A stretch of DNA of 64,000 nucleotides, from the NCBI GenBank assembly GCA_050945875.1, contig JBMNTT010000003.1, forward strand, positions 47,133 through 111,132, given 5' to 3'. Positions 45,379-55,421 of this stretch are shown here, one piece after another (position 1 is the stretch's first letter; each line of letters begins with the position of its first letter). A program made the position numbers and the translations under genes. Source of the stretch: Christensenellales bacterium (GTDB taxonomy: Bacteria; Bacillota; Clostridia; Christensenellales; JBMNTT01). A model generated the notes under the pieces. The model was not told the origin of the DNA. It made no database searches and worked only from the letters and a program-made list of their open reading frames with translations.

Positions 45379-45621
45379 TCAACCGAACCACACGATCAGC
45401 GCTACGATAACCGCCACGACGCCCACGAAGGCCAGCACATACGGCCCCAGCACCGAGAAGGCGGCGATGATCATCGCGGGGATGTCGCCTTTCTCCAGCT
45501 CGCCGGCTTTCCTGCGGGTGCGCTGCCGTTCAGCCTCCTGCGCGGCGCGCTGCTGCTCAGGCAAGTTGGCCTGGCGGATGCGCTCGAGGTCCTCCTCGAC
45601 CCGGTGGCGACCAAACAGCAT
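45379..45621 (-). CDS. hypothetical tail-anchored small protein (charged coiled N-terminus, C-terminal TM helix)
   Basis: The 80-aa ORF starts 21 nt downstream of oppF. The sequence is ...EEDLERIRQANLPEQQRAAQEAERQRTRRKAGE... followed by MIIAAFSVLGPYVLAFVGVVAVIVALIVWFG. Confidence 0.5.
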   Translation of the reverse strand: MLFGRHRVEEDLERIRQANLPEQQRAAQEAERQRTRRKAGELEKGDIPAMIIAAFSVLGPYVLAFVGVVAVIVALIVWFG

Positions 45622-45642
45622 GGCGACACGCTCCTTTGCAGC

Positions 45643-46629
45643 TTAGAACTTGCCCGAGGCCTTATGGCACATGGCGAAGTGCCCGGGCTTGATCTCCTCA
45701 TATGCAGGCGTCACGGTTTTGCACATCTCGGTGGCATAGGGGCACCGGGTGTGGAAGCGACAGCCCGACGGCGGGTTGGCCGGCGAGGGGATATCCCCCT
45801 GCAGGATGATGCGCTTCTTGTTCTGCCGCGCCTCAGGATCAAAGGAGGGCGCGGCGCTCATCAGCGCCTCGGTATAGGGGTGCAGCGGGTTGGAGAAGAT
45901 GTCCTCCTTGGTGCCCATCTCCACGATCTGCCCCAGGTACATCACGCCCACGTCGTCGCTGATAAACTTGACCACCGACAGGTCATGGGAGATGAACAGG
46001 TAGGTGATGCCCATCTCATCCTGCATGTCCTTGAGCAGGTTGATGATCTGGGACTGGATGGACACGTCCAGCGCCGACACCGTCTCATCGCACACCACGA
46101 ACTCAGGATTGACCGCCAGGGCGCGGGCTATGCAGATGCGCTGACGCTGGCCGCCGGAAAACTGATGGGGATACCGGGCCGCCTGCTCGGGAAATAGCCC
46201 GCACTTGCCGATGATCTCCTCCACCCGCTCCATCATCTGGCGCTTGTTGGCGACGATCTTGTGCTGCATCATGGCCTCGCCCACAATGTCATAGATCGGC
46301 AGGCGAGGGTTGAGCGAGCTGTAGGGGTCCTGGAAGACGATCTGCATCTTGGTGCGCAGGTGCTGCAGTTCATGCTTCTTCATCTTGAAGACGTCCTGCC
46401 CTTTGAAGAGCACCTCGCCGGCGGTGGGCTCGAGCAGCTTGAGGATGGTGCGGCCGGCGGTGGATTTTCCGCAGCCCGACTCACCCACGATGCCCAGGGT
46501 CTTACCCCGCTGGATATTGAAGGTCAGCCCATCCACAGCCTGAACATAGGTCTTGGTCCGCTTGACCAGGCCGGACTTGATGGGAAAATATTTCTTGAGG
46601 CCCTTGACCTGAAGGAGTACCTCACTCAT
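45643..46629 (-). CDS. oppF: oligopeptide ABC transporter ATP-binding protein OppF
   Basis: The start is [15 protein letters not shown]. Walker A is GESGCGKST, and the C-terminal oligopeptide-type extension is present. Confidence 0.88.
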   Translation of the reverse strand: MSEVLLQVKGLKKYFPIKSGLVKRTKTYVQAVDGLTFNIQRGKTLGIVGESGCGKSTAGRTILKLLEPTAGEVLFKGQDVFKMKKHELQHLRTKMQIVFQDPYSSLNPRLPIYDIVGEAMMQHKIVANKRQMMERVEEIIGKCGLFPEQAARYPHQFSGGQRQRICIARALAVNPEFVVCDETVSALDVSIQSQIINLLKDMQDEMGITYLFISHDLSVVKFISDDVGVMYLGQIVEMGTKEDIFSNPLHPYTEALMSAAPSFDPEARQNKKRIILQGDIPSPANPPSGCRFHTRCPYATEMCKTVTPAYEEIKPGHFAMCHKASGKF

Positions 46630-47617
46630 GCTTCTCACTCTCCTTCTCGTAGAGCCAGCAAGCGACCTCATGTCCCTCGCCGACCGTAAAGGTGGGCGGG
46701 AACTCCTTGGCGCAGCACTCCATGGCGTGCTCGCATCGGGGATGGAAGGGACAGCCGCTGGGCCGATCGTTGAGGTTGGGCACGCTGCCGGGGATGACGT
46801 GCAGGCGCTTGGCGGTGGTGGTCATGTCGGGTTTGGAATTGATCAAGCCCACGGTGTAGGGATGTTTGGGGCGCTTGAAGATTTCCGTGACGCTGGCCAC
46901 CTCAGCGACCTTACCCGCATACATGACCATGACGCGGTCACTCATCTCGGCGATGACGCCCAGGTCGTGGGTGATAAAAATGATCGACGCGTTGATATCG
47001 CTCTTGAGCTCGTTCATCAGGTCCAGCACCTGGGCCTGGATGGTGACATCCAGGGCGGTGGTGGGCTCGTCTGCGATGAGCAACTTGGGTTCGCAGGCCA
47101 GGGCCATGGCGATCATGACGCGCTGGCGCATGCCGCCCGAGAGCGCAAAGGGATACTCGTCGACCACCCGCTCGGGGTTGGGAATCTTAACCAGCTGCAA
47201 AAGCTTGACACATTCCTCATGGGCCTGCTTCTTGCTCAGGTGCCGGTGCAGCATCATGGCCTCGGCGATCTGGTCCCCCACCCGGAAGACCGGGTTGAGG
47301 CTGGTCATGGGCTCCTGAAAAATGACCGAGATGTCGTTGCCGCGGATCTTGCGTAGCTCGGCGTCAGAAATTTTGAGCATGTCCTTGCCCTCGAAGAGAA
47401 TCTCGCCGCCCTCGTATTTCCCTGGAGGGGTCTCCACCAGGCGGATGACCGACATGCAGGTGATGCTCTTGCCGCAGCCCGACTCGCCCACGATGCCCAG
47501 GGTCTCCCCCTCGCGCACATAGAAGCTGACATCGTCCACGGCCTTGACCTGGCCGCCCTCCGTATAGAAATAGGTCTTGAGGTTCTTCACCTCGAGGATT
47601 TTCTTATCGTTGTTCAT
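46622..47617 (-). CDS. oppD: oligopeptide ABC transporter ATP-binding protein OppD
   Basis: Walker A is [10 protein letters not shown], with LSGGMRQRV and [12 protein letters not shown] also present. Confidence 0.88.
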   Translation of the reverse strand: MNNDKKILEVKNLKTYFYTEGGQVKAVDDVSFYVREGETLGIVGESGCGKSITCMSVIRLVETPPGKYEGGEILFEGKDMLKISDAELRKIRGNDISVIFQEPMTSLNPVFRVGDQIAEAMMLHRHLSKKQAHEECVKLLQLVKIPNPERVVDEYPFALSGGMRQRVMIAMALACEPKLLIADEPTTALDVTIQAQVLDLMNELKSDINASIIFITHDLGVIAEMSDRVMVMYAGKVAEVASVTEIFKRPKHPYTVGLINSKPDMTTTAKRLHVIPGSVPNLNDRPSGCPFHPRCEHAMECCAKEFPPTFTVGEGHEVACWLYEKESEKHE

Positions 47618-47624
47618 GATGCAC

Positions 47625-48521
47625 CTACCTCTTCATCTTGGGATCGACGGCGTCGCGCAGGCCATCACCCAGCAGGTTGAAGCACATGACCGTCAGGAAA
47701 ATCGCCATGCCCGAGGGAATCCAGTACCACCACTTCTGCTGGATGACCAAAATATTCTTGGCCTCCTGGATCATGTTGCCCCAGGTCGGGGTCGGCGGCG
47801 CGACGCCCAGGCCCAGGAAGGACAGCGAGGTCTCCGTCAGGATGACGCTGGCCATGCCCAGGGTGGCGTACACGATGACATAGGCCAGCACGTTGGGCAG
47901 CAGATGGCGGAAAATCCGCTTGACGTCGCTGATGCCCAGCGCCTCGCAGGCCTCCATGTACTCCAGCTCGCGCAGCGAGAGAATCTGTCCGCGCACGATT
48001 CGGGCGATGGAGGGCCAACTGAGCACCGACAGCACCACCACCAGGGTTACAGGTCCGCTGCCGAAGATGGCCACTACGGTGATACAGATAATCAGAAACG
48101 GGAAACTCATAAAGATTTCCGCCAGACGCATGATGATCGCATCGATCAGGCCGCCATAAAAGCCCGCGATGCTGCCCAGGATGACGCCGATCAGGCATTG
48201 GATCGCCGTCACGACCAGGGCGATGCCCAGGGAAATGCGCCCCGCATAGAATAGGCGGGTGAACAGGTCGCGCCCGATATTGTCGGTCCCCAGCCAGTGC
48301 GCCGCGGAGGGCGCTTGGGCCTTGGCGGTCATATCCGTCTGCTGGATCTCGTAGGGCGAGACCTCCGGCACGATGATACAGGCCAGCACCAGCACGGTCA
48401 GCACGATCAGGCTGATCGTAGCCAAACGATTCTTGAACAACCGCTGGACCACGCCACCCCAATAGGACTGCTCCCGACGCTTCTTGCGGGCTGCCTTGTT
48501 TGTCACAGTCATATCAGACAT
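47625..48521 (-). CDS. oppC: oligopeptide ABC transporter permease OppC
   Basis: It is a BPD_transp_1 permease, 298 aa long. Confidence 0.85.
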   Translation of the reverse strand: MSDMTVTNKAARKKRREQSYWGGVVQRLFKNRLATISLIVLTVLVLACIIVPEVSPYEIQQTDMTAKAQAPSAAHWLGTDNIGRDLFTRLFYAGRISLGIALVVTAIQCLIGVILGSIAGFYGGLIDAIIMRLAEIFMSFPFLIICITVVAIFGSGPVTLVVVLSVLSWPSIARIVRGQILSLRELEYMEACEALGISDVKRIFRHLLPNVLAYVIVYATLGMASVILTETSLSFLGLGVAPPTPTWGNMIQEAKNILVIQQKWWYWIPSGMAIFLTVMCFNLLGDGLRDAVDPKMKR

Positions 48522-48533
48522 GGGTCAGCCTCC

Positions 48534-49499
48534 TCAATCGTACTTAATTCGGGGATCGGCCACCGCGTAGAAGATATCCGACAGGAGCGCGCCCAACAGC
48601 GTGAGGACCGCCAGCATCGCGTTGATGCCCAGGATCACCGGATAGTTACGGGTGTTGACTGCGTCAACCGATATTTTGCCCAACCCTGGCAGGCCGAAGA
48701 TGGTCTCGGTCATCAGCGCGCCGGAGATCAGGCCCGGCAGCTGAGCGCCCAGCAGGGTAATGATGGGGATCATCGCGTTGCGGAAGGCGTGTTTATAGAT
48801 GACGACCTTCTCCTTCAGGCCCTTGGCGCGGGCGGTCCGGATATAATCCTGCCGGATGACCTCCAGCATCGAGGAGCGGGTGTACCGCATGAAGGATGCG
48901 GCCGAGCCCAGTCCCAATACGAAGGTCGGCAGCACCAGATGCCACGCCGAATCCCAGAAGCGGGTCCAGAAGGGCGCATTACTCAGCGTCGCATCCTGGA
49001 AGCCGAAGAGGGGGAAGATCTTGATATCCACAGCAAAGGCCTTGAGCAGCAATAGCCCAAAGAAAAAGGAGGGAATACTGATACCAACCAGGGAGATGAC
49101 CGTCAGGACGTTATCCAGCTTGGAGTACTGCTTGGTTGCGGATATGATGCCGCATGGGATACCGATGAGCAGCGCCAGCACCAGCGAAGACAGCGCCAGG
49201 ATAAAGGTAGGCCCAATATAGTCCCCGATCACGGCGGTGACGGGCTTTTTGTGTTTGTTGGAGTAGCCGAAGTTGCCTTGCAGCGCCTCCCCCAGCCAAT
49301 TGAAGAATTTCTGATAGAAGGGGATATCCGGGTCCAGCTTGGCAGCGAGCTCGGCCTTCTGCTCGGGGGTCATCTTGGGATCCATCATGTTGGAGGCAGG
49401 GCCGCCGGGCGCCTGATCCAACAGGAAGAACAGGATGAAGAGTATCCCGAGGAAGACCGGTATCATCTGCAGCACGCGCCGAATGATATAGTTCCTCAT
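48534..49499 (-). CDS. oppB: oligopeptide ABC transporter permease OppB
   Basis: It is a BPD_transp_1 permease, 321 aa long, starting MRNYIIRRVLQMIP. Confidence 0.85.
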   Translation of the reverse strand: MRNYIIRRVLQMIPVFLGILFILFFLLDQAPGGPASNMMDPKMTPEQKAELAAKLDPDIPFYQKFFNWLGEALQGNFGYSNKHKKPVTAVIGDYIGPTFILALSSLVLALLIGIPCGIISATKQYSKLDNVLTVISLVGISIPSFFFGLLLLKAFAVDIKIFPLFGFQDATLSNAPFWTRFWDSAWHLVLPTFVLGLGSAASFMRYTRSSMLEVIRQDYIRTARAKGLKEKVVIYKHAFRNAMIPIITLLGAQLPGLISGALMTETIFGLPGLGKISVDAVNTRNYPVILGINAMLAVLTLLGALLSDIFYAVADPRIKYD

Positions 49500-49577
49500 G
49501 CTTTTCGCGTCCTCTCTACATGCGATTTGAAAAATGCCCGATCGGTTGATCGGGCATCTTTCGAACCGCTTGATGGA

Positions 49578-51284
49578 TTAATCCAGGGTGATATCCTTCA
49601 GGCAGGCCGTCCAATCCTTGTAAGTCTGCAGGTCCATGCCGTGCACGCGGTTGTTGATACCCCAGATTTCCGAACGGTAGGCCACGATGATGGTCGGAAT
49701 CTCCTGGTTCATCAGCTGCGCGAACTCCGCATAGATGGGCTTGCGCTTCTCGTTGTCGAACTCAGCCTTGCCCTGCTTGATCAGCTCCTGGGCGCGATCG
49801 TTGCGGTAGCCGGAGGCGTTGAAGCCGCCCTCAACATACGCATCCGCGTCGAACAGCGCGCCGGAAGGATCGGGATCGACACCCAGGCTGAAGCCCATGG
49901 TGTAGATGTCAAAGTCCTTGTCCGCGGGAGCGGGATCGGTGGTACGGGAAGCCACGGTGTTGAAGTCCATCAGCTCGATGTTCAGCTCGACGCCCAGCTG
50001 CTTCCAGGTGTCCGCCGCCATGGAGGACAGGGTCTGGGTCCAGGTGGACTCGGTGTAAACCAGCCAGTTGATGGAGAACTTCTTGCCGTCCTTGTAGCGG
50101 AAGCCGTCGTCGCCCATGGTCCAGCCAGCCTCATCCATCAGCTGAGCAGCCTTGTCCAGGTCGAAGTCGTACGCGTTCAGGGACGCGGGATCGGGGTAAG
50201 CCCAGCTCACAGGGGAGATGGGAGCCATACCCACCTGAGCCAGCTCCTCGGAGCCATACTCGGCATTGATGAACTCCTTACGGTTCAGGGCGTACATCAG
50301 CGCCTGACGCACACGCACATCGCTCAGGGTGTCGCGGGTGGTGTTGAAGCACATGTAGGTGTAGCCGTTGCCCAGGTAGCTCTGGAAGGTGATGTTGTCC
50401 ATCCCCTTCAGGGCGTTGACGTTATCCGCGGAGGCGGAGGGCATCGCAAAATCGATCTCACCAGTCTGCAGCGCCTGCAGGATGGAGGTGTCCGGCACCT
50501 CGCTCATCAGCACGCCGTCGATCTTGGCCGCGTTGGCGGAATCCCAGTAGTTCGCGTTCTTGTTCAGCTTGACGAACTGCTTGGGCGCCCAAGAGTCGAA
50601 GGTCATGATGCCAGTGCCCATGGGCTTCTCGTTCAGCGCGGTGAACTCCTCCCAGGTGTCAAAGGCATAGTAGTCAGCCGACATGATGCCGTACTGGAAG
50701 TTCTCGATGTTGCCGGGAGCCTCCATGCCCTGCGCATAGGTGAAGGCGATGGTCTTCTCATCGATCACCTTGATGCCGGGGAACTCCTCGGTGTCGCCAT
50801 TGTGGAAAGCGTCATAGCCCTCCAGGCCGGAGACGATGTAGGCACGGGCGCCGGTGTACTCCGGGCAGGCCGCGGTCTTGTAGGTGAACTCGACGTCCTT
50901 GGTGGTCAAGGGCGTGCCGTCGGAGAAGGTGATGCCGTCCTTCAGGGTGAAGGTGTAGGTGCGGTGATCCTCACTCAGGGTGTAGCTCGCCGCCAGGTTC
51001 TCGACATACTCGCCGTTGGGCGCGAGCGTGACCAGACCCTCGAAGATACAGCTGTTGACGTAGGCGTCATAGGTGGTGTCCGCCAGGATGGGGTTAAAGA
51101 TACCCTCGATGCCCGACAGGCCCATCTTCAGGATCTTATCGCCCGAGCCCGCGGTACCGCCGCCATTGTCGCTCGACTGGGGAGCCGCGCTTCCGCCCGA
51201 AGGCTGAGACGCGCAACCGGCCAAGGTCGCGACAACCAGCGCCATCACCAGCAAGAGAGCCCAAAGCTTATTCTTGTTGTTCAT
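49578..51284 (-). CDS. oppA: peptide ABC transporter substrate-binding lipoprotein (family 5)
   Basis: The start is MNNKNKLWALLLVMALVVATLAGCAS (lipobox), preceded by an AAGAGGAGG RBS. Confidence 0.85.
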   Translation of the reverse strand: MNNKNKLWALLLVMALVVATLAGCASQPSGGSAAPQSSDNGGGTAGSGDKILKMGLSGIEGIFNPILADTTYDAYVNSCIFEGLVTLAPNGEYVENLAASYTLSEDHRTYTFTLKDGITFSDGTPLTTKDVEFTYKTAACPEYTGARAYIVSGLEGYDAFHNGDTEEFPGIKVIDEKTIAFTYAQGMEAPGNIENFQYGIMSADYYAFDTWEEFTALNEKPMGTGIMTFDSWAPKQFVKLNKNANYWDSANAAKIDGVLMSEVPDTSILQALQTGEIDFAMPSASADNVNALKGMDNITFQSYLGNGYTYMCFNTTRDTLSDVRVRQALMYALNRKEFINAEYGSEELAQVGMAPISPVSWAYPDPASLNAYDFDLDKAAQLMDEAGWTMGDDGFRYKDGKKFSINWLVYTESTWTQTLSSMAADTWKQLGVELNIELMDFNTVASRTTDPAPADKDFDIYTMGFSLGVDPDPSGALFDADAYVEGGFNASGYRNDRAQELIKQGKAEFDNEKRKPIYAEFAQLMNQEIPTIIVAYRSEIWGINNRVHGMDLQTYKDWTACLKDITLD

Positions 51285-51348
51285 GGTACTTCCTCCTCTT
51301 TTTTTGTTGAAAAGGGAAATTGTATACGGTTTTTTAAACCATGTCCCT

Positions 51349-51377
51349 ATTTTAAACGCTGCTTGCAGGATTGTCAA
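51349..51377 (-). promoter_or_regulatory. opp operon promoter (TTGACA-17-TAAAAT)
   Basis: Consensus hexamers lie on the minus strand in an AT-rich intergenic region. Confidence 0.55.
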
Positions 51378-51496
51378 CGGGAAATTGCACCGCAGCATAA
51401 TATTTCCTGTCTTTATGCAGATTTGTGCAGGTTCAATTTGATTTTAAACAATAACAAATGTGCATTTGGGTACGGCGCGCGGGGCCATCCAAATAT

Positions 51497-51525
51497 GCGA
51501 AAAGGCGCCGCGAGGGCGCCTTTTT
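51497..51525. terminator. intrinsic terminator after rnpB
   Basis: The hairpin GGCGCC-CUCGC-GGCGCC is flanked by an A-run and a U-run. Confidence 0.7.
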
Positions 51526-51526
51526 C

Positions 51527-51870
51527 CAGATGAGGCGGGCCTATAAGCCGAGTTCTGTCGAGAGTGGCCATCTATCTAGGCCGACGGTTGCCAGTCGGCT
51601 CCAGCGATTACACGGGACGTGACGGGCCGCCACATGTGTCCCGATATCAATCTTGCACCAGGTGGGGTTTACAGAGCGGACAAGTCGCCAAGCCGCTGGT
51701 GAGCTCTTACCTCGCCTTTCCATCCTTACGGCGCAAGCGCCGCGGTTTCTTTCTGTTGCACTTTCCTTGGAGTCGCCTCCACTGGGAGTTACCCAGCACC
51801 CTGCCCTATGGAGCTCGGACTTTCCTCGTCCCCTCGCGGGGCCGCGGCCACTCAGCCCGCTCATCCTGTC
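51527..51870 (-). ncRNA. rnpB: RNase P RNA (bacterial; the core resembles the type A architecture)
   Basis: The minus strand contains GAGGAAAGUCCGAGCUCCAUAGGGCAGGGUGCUGGGUAAC...GUGCAACAGAAAG...GGUAAGAGCUCACCAGC...GUAAACCCCACCUGGUGCAAG...CCUAGAUAGAUGG...ACAGAACUCGGCUUAUAG. P1 pairs GGAUGAGCGGGC with GCCCGCCUCAUC. The ends are accurate to about 5 nt. Confidence 0.92.
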
Positions 51871-51888
51871 TGTCGCCAGACAAGAGTT

Positions 51889-51917
51889 AGCATACCACAG
51901 TTTTTCGCGGCAGGCAA
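51889..51917 (-). promoter_or_regulatory. rnpB promoter (TTGCCT-17-TGgTATGCT, extended -10)
   Basis: Hexamers were read on the minus strand, directly after the terminator of the upstream gene. Confidence 0.5.
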
Positions 51918-51942
51918 GCAAAATGGACCGCCGAAGCGGTCC
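51918..51942 (-). terminator. intrinsic terminator after the zinc-ribbon/DUF164 gene
   Basis: The hairpin GGACCGC-UUCG-GCGGUCC is followed by AUUUUGCUU on the minus strand. Confidence 0.65.
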
Positions 51943-51949
51943 GAACGGA

Positions 51950-52666
51950 TCATTCGCTCTTCAGGTAGAGGATACGGCCGCAGTTTTCGCACTCCACGAT
52001 GCGCGCGCCATCCTTGAGCAGGGTCATGGTCGCCGAGGGCAGGCTCATGTTGCAGCCCATGCATTGGTCATGCTCCACAGTGGCCATAGGATTGGGGCGG
52101 GACCCCTTGATCTTGCGGTATTTCTCGAGCAGCGCCGCGTCGATCCCCTCCTCGGCCTGGGTACGCCGGGTCTTGATCTCGTTGACGCGGGGCTCGTACT
52201 GCTTGAGCAGCGCGTCGTACTCGACCTTGAGCGAATCGAACTCCTTCTTGGCCTGCACCATGCCTGCGCGCAGGGTACGATAGCGCTTCTCCATCTCCTC
52301 CATCTCGCGGATGACCGCGCTGAGCTCGCGCTCCTTCTGGGTGAGTTGGTTGTTGAGCACGGAGGCCTGCTTGCGCGCGGACTCCACCTGGTCCATGGCG
52401 ACCTCCTCGCCCAGTTCGTCGAACTCCCGCTGCGCCTGCGCCAAGCGGGCGGAGAGCGCTTTGAGCTCCCCCTGCACCTTTTGAATTTTGCCGGCATACC
52501 CGTCGGCCTCGGCCTCGAGTTTCTTTAAGCCGTTCTGCGCGTTAATGAAGAAATTGCGCACCTGAACCATGCGCTTGCGCACCGGCGTCTGTTTGATCTC
52601 ATGGTCCACCTGATCCAGCTGCAAGTCCACACGCTGGTAGTTCCACAACAGATCCAATTGCTGCAT
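51950..52666 (-). CDS. coiled-coil protein with C-terminal C4 zinc ribbon (DUF164/COG1579-like)
   Basis: The start is MQQLDLLWNYQRVDLQLDQV (AGAGGAG RBS). The C-terminus reads CMGCNMSLP...CENCGRILY. Confidence 0.75.
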   Translation of the reverse strand: MQQLDLLWNYQRVDLQLDQVDHEIKQTPVRKRMVQVRNFFINAQNGLKKLEAEADGYAGKIQKVQGELKALSARLAQAQREFDELGEEVAMDQVESARKQASVLNNQLTQKERELSAVIREMEEMEKRYRTLRAGMVQAKKEFDSLKVEYDALLKQYEPRVNEIKTRRTQAEEGIDAALLEKYRKIKGSRPNPMATVEHDQCMGCNMSLPSATMTLLKDGARIVECENCGRILYLKSE

Positions 52667-52755
52667 GTCTTGTCTCCTCTCCGCCCGCCTCCCTCGAAAA
52701 AGAGGAACAAGCCGCGGGCTCGTTCCCCCTGCTCGCTTGGCAGGCACCGTCCACC

Positions 52756-53556
52756 CTAGGCCAGCGCCCAATAGGGCGCCCGGGACCGCTGGGACGGCAT
52801 GATCTCAATACGATTATAGTTTACCGTATCCAAGCGCTTTTGTAAATGGACAATTAGCGCCGCCAGACCCGGGGCCTCGGTCTCATAGTGTCCCGCGACG
52901 ACGACCGCCAACCCCAACTGCTCGGCCAACAGCAGGGTGTGGTATTTCATCTCCCCCGTGACCAGCGCGTCCGCGCCCTGATCTCGGGCGGCCAGCAGGA
53001 AGTCGCTGCCCTCGCCCCCGCACAGGGCGACCCGACCGACCGAGCGCGCCGGGTCGCCGACGACCAGGAAGTGCCGACTGCCCAGCGCACCCTTGACATG
53101 GGCGGCGAACGCGCCCAGGGTGCTGGGGATGATTTGTCCGACGCGGCCGATGGGCTGCGCCTCCCCCGCGGAGAACGGCTGCAGGCGCGATACCCCCAGG
53201 ACACCCGCCAGGGCGTCGTTGGTGCCGCCGGGCGCGGCGTCCCAGTTGGTGTGCAGGCTGATGACCGACAGGCCCGCCCGCGCCAGCGCGAAGGCCAGCT
53301 CGCCCTGGGGGTCCTGGGGGCTCAAGCGCTTAACGCCCTTGAAGATAACCGGATGGTGGGTCAAGATCAACTGGGCGTCCACGGCCTGCGCCTCCTGGAT
53401 CACCGCCTCGGTGACCTCCAGCGCCGCCAGCACGCGGCGCACTGGCGCGCGCCCGTCCCCCACCAGCAAACCGACATTATCCCATTCTTCCGCCCACGCG
53501 GCGGGGATGTCCGCCAGGAGCAACTGCTCAAGCTCGCGTGCCGTATAGGTTTTCAT
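52756..53556 (-). CDS. Nif3-like dinuclear metal centre protein
   Basis: The start is MKTYTARELEQLLLADIPAAWAEEWDNVGLLVGD. It also contains ...LILTHHP...GHYETE. Confidence 0.85.
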   Translation of the reverse strand: MKTYTARELEQLLLADIPAAWAEEWDNVGLLVGDGRAPVRRVLAALEVTEAVIQEAQAVDAQLILTHHPVIFKGVKRLSPQDPQGELAFALARAGLSVISLHTNWDAAPGGTNDALAGVLGVSRLQPFSAGEAQPIGRVGQIIPSTLGAFAAHVKGALGSRHFLVVGDPARSVGRVALCGGEGSDFLLAARDQGADALVTGEMKYHTLLLAEQLGLAVVVAGHYETEAPGLAALIVHLQKRLDTVNYNRIEIMPSQRSRAPYWALA

Positions 53557-54229
53557 AGAGCGCCTCCCACTGTTCGAGTTTTTTACCCAGCGCGTTCTCC
53601 ATCCGCCGGGCGGGCTCGGTATCGCGGGCCGCCAGGTCCGCCCGCAGCAGCCGCGCCTCGTCCATGCGCATGCGCAGAAACGCCGCCAGCTCCGGGGTAG
53701 CCCGGGTAGCCATGAGCGGTCCCACCTCGGGCGCCGGGCCCAGGTCCAGAGGGTCCCGCCCGGGCACATAGGCCAGGATGGGATAGAAGCGCCCCTCCTC
53801 CTGGATCAGGGTCTCATCTTCCAGCCGCCAACCGCGGCCGCGCAGAACCACCCGCAGGGCCTGCTGATCGCGGTTGGGCGCCAGTAGCAGGCGCTCAACC
53901 GCCCCCAGTACGCCCTTGCCAGCCTCTAGCAGGCGGATCATCAGCTGACCGCCCATGCCCGCCAGGATGACGGTATCGACCTCCCCGGGCTGCACGACGG
54001 CCAGCCCGTCGCCCAGGCGCAGCTCCAGCCGGTCGCCCAGATGCATGCGCTCGGCCAGGCGACGGCATTTGTCCAGCGAGGGCGCGCTGACATCGCTGGC
54101 TATCACCCGTGGATATCGGCCCGACGCCGCCAGCGCGCAGGCCAGGCGTCCATGGTCGCACCCCACTTCCAGGGGACGGGACCCAGCCGGAATGCGCTGG
54201 GCAATGGCGTTCAACCGCTTGGAAAGCAC
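53528..54229 (-). CDS. trmK: tRNA (adenine22-N1)-methyltransferase
   Basis: The sequence MLSKRLNAIAQRIP...LEVGCDHGRLACAL...IASDV matches. It sits downstream of sigA, as yqfN does in Bacillus. Confidence 0.8.
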   Translation of the reverse strand: MLSKRLNAIAQRIPAGSRPLEVGCDHGRLACALAASGRYPRVIASDVSAPSLDKCRRLAERMHLGDRLELRLGDGLAVVQPGEVDTVILAGMGGQLMIRLLEAGKGVLGAVERLLLAPNRDQQALRVVLRGRGWRLEDETLIQEEGRFYPILAYVPGRDPLDLGPAPEVGPLMATRATPELAAFLRMRMDEARLLRADLAARDTEPARRMENALGKKLEQWEALYENLYGTRA

Positions 54230-54299
54230 CGCGCCACCTCCCTTGAAAAAGAAGAGGAGACCCTCGCCTCCTCTTCCATCGTCACGAGCCGAAACCGGC

Positions 54300-55404
<1,105 letters not shown>

Positions 55405-55421
<17 letters not shown>

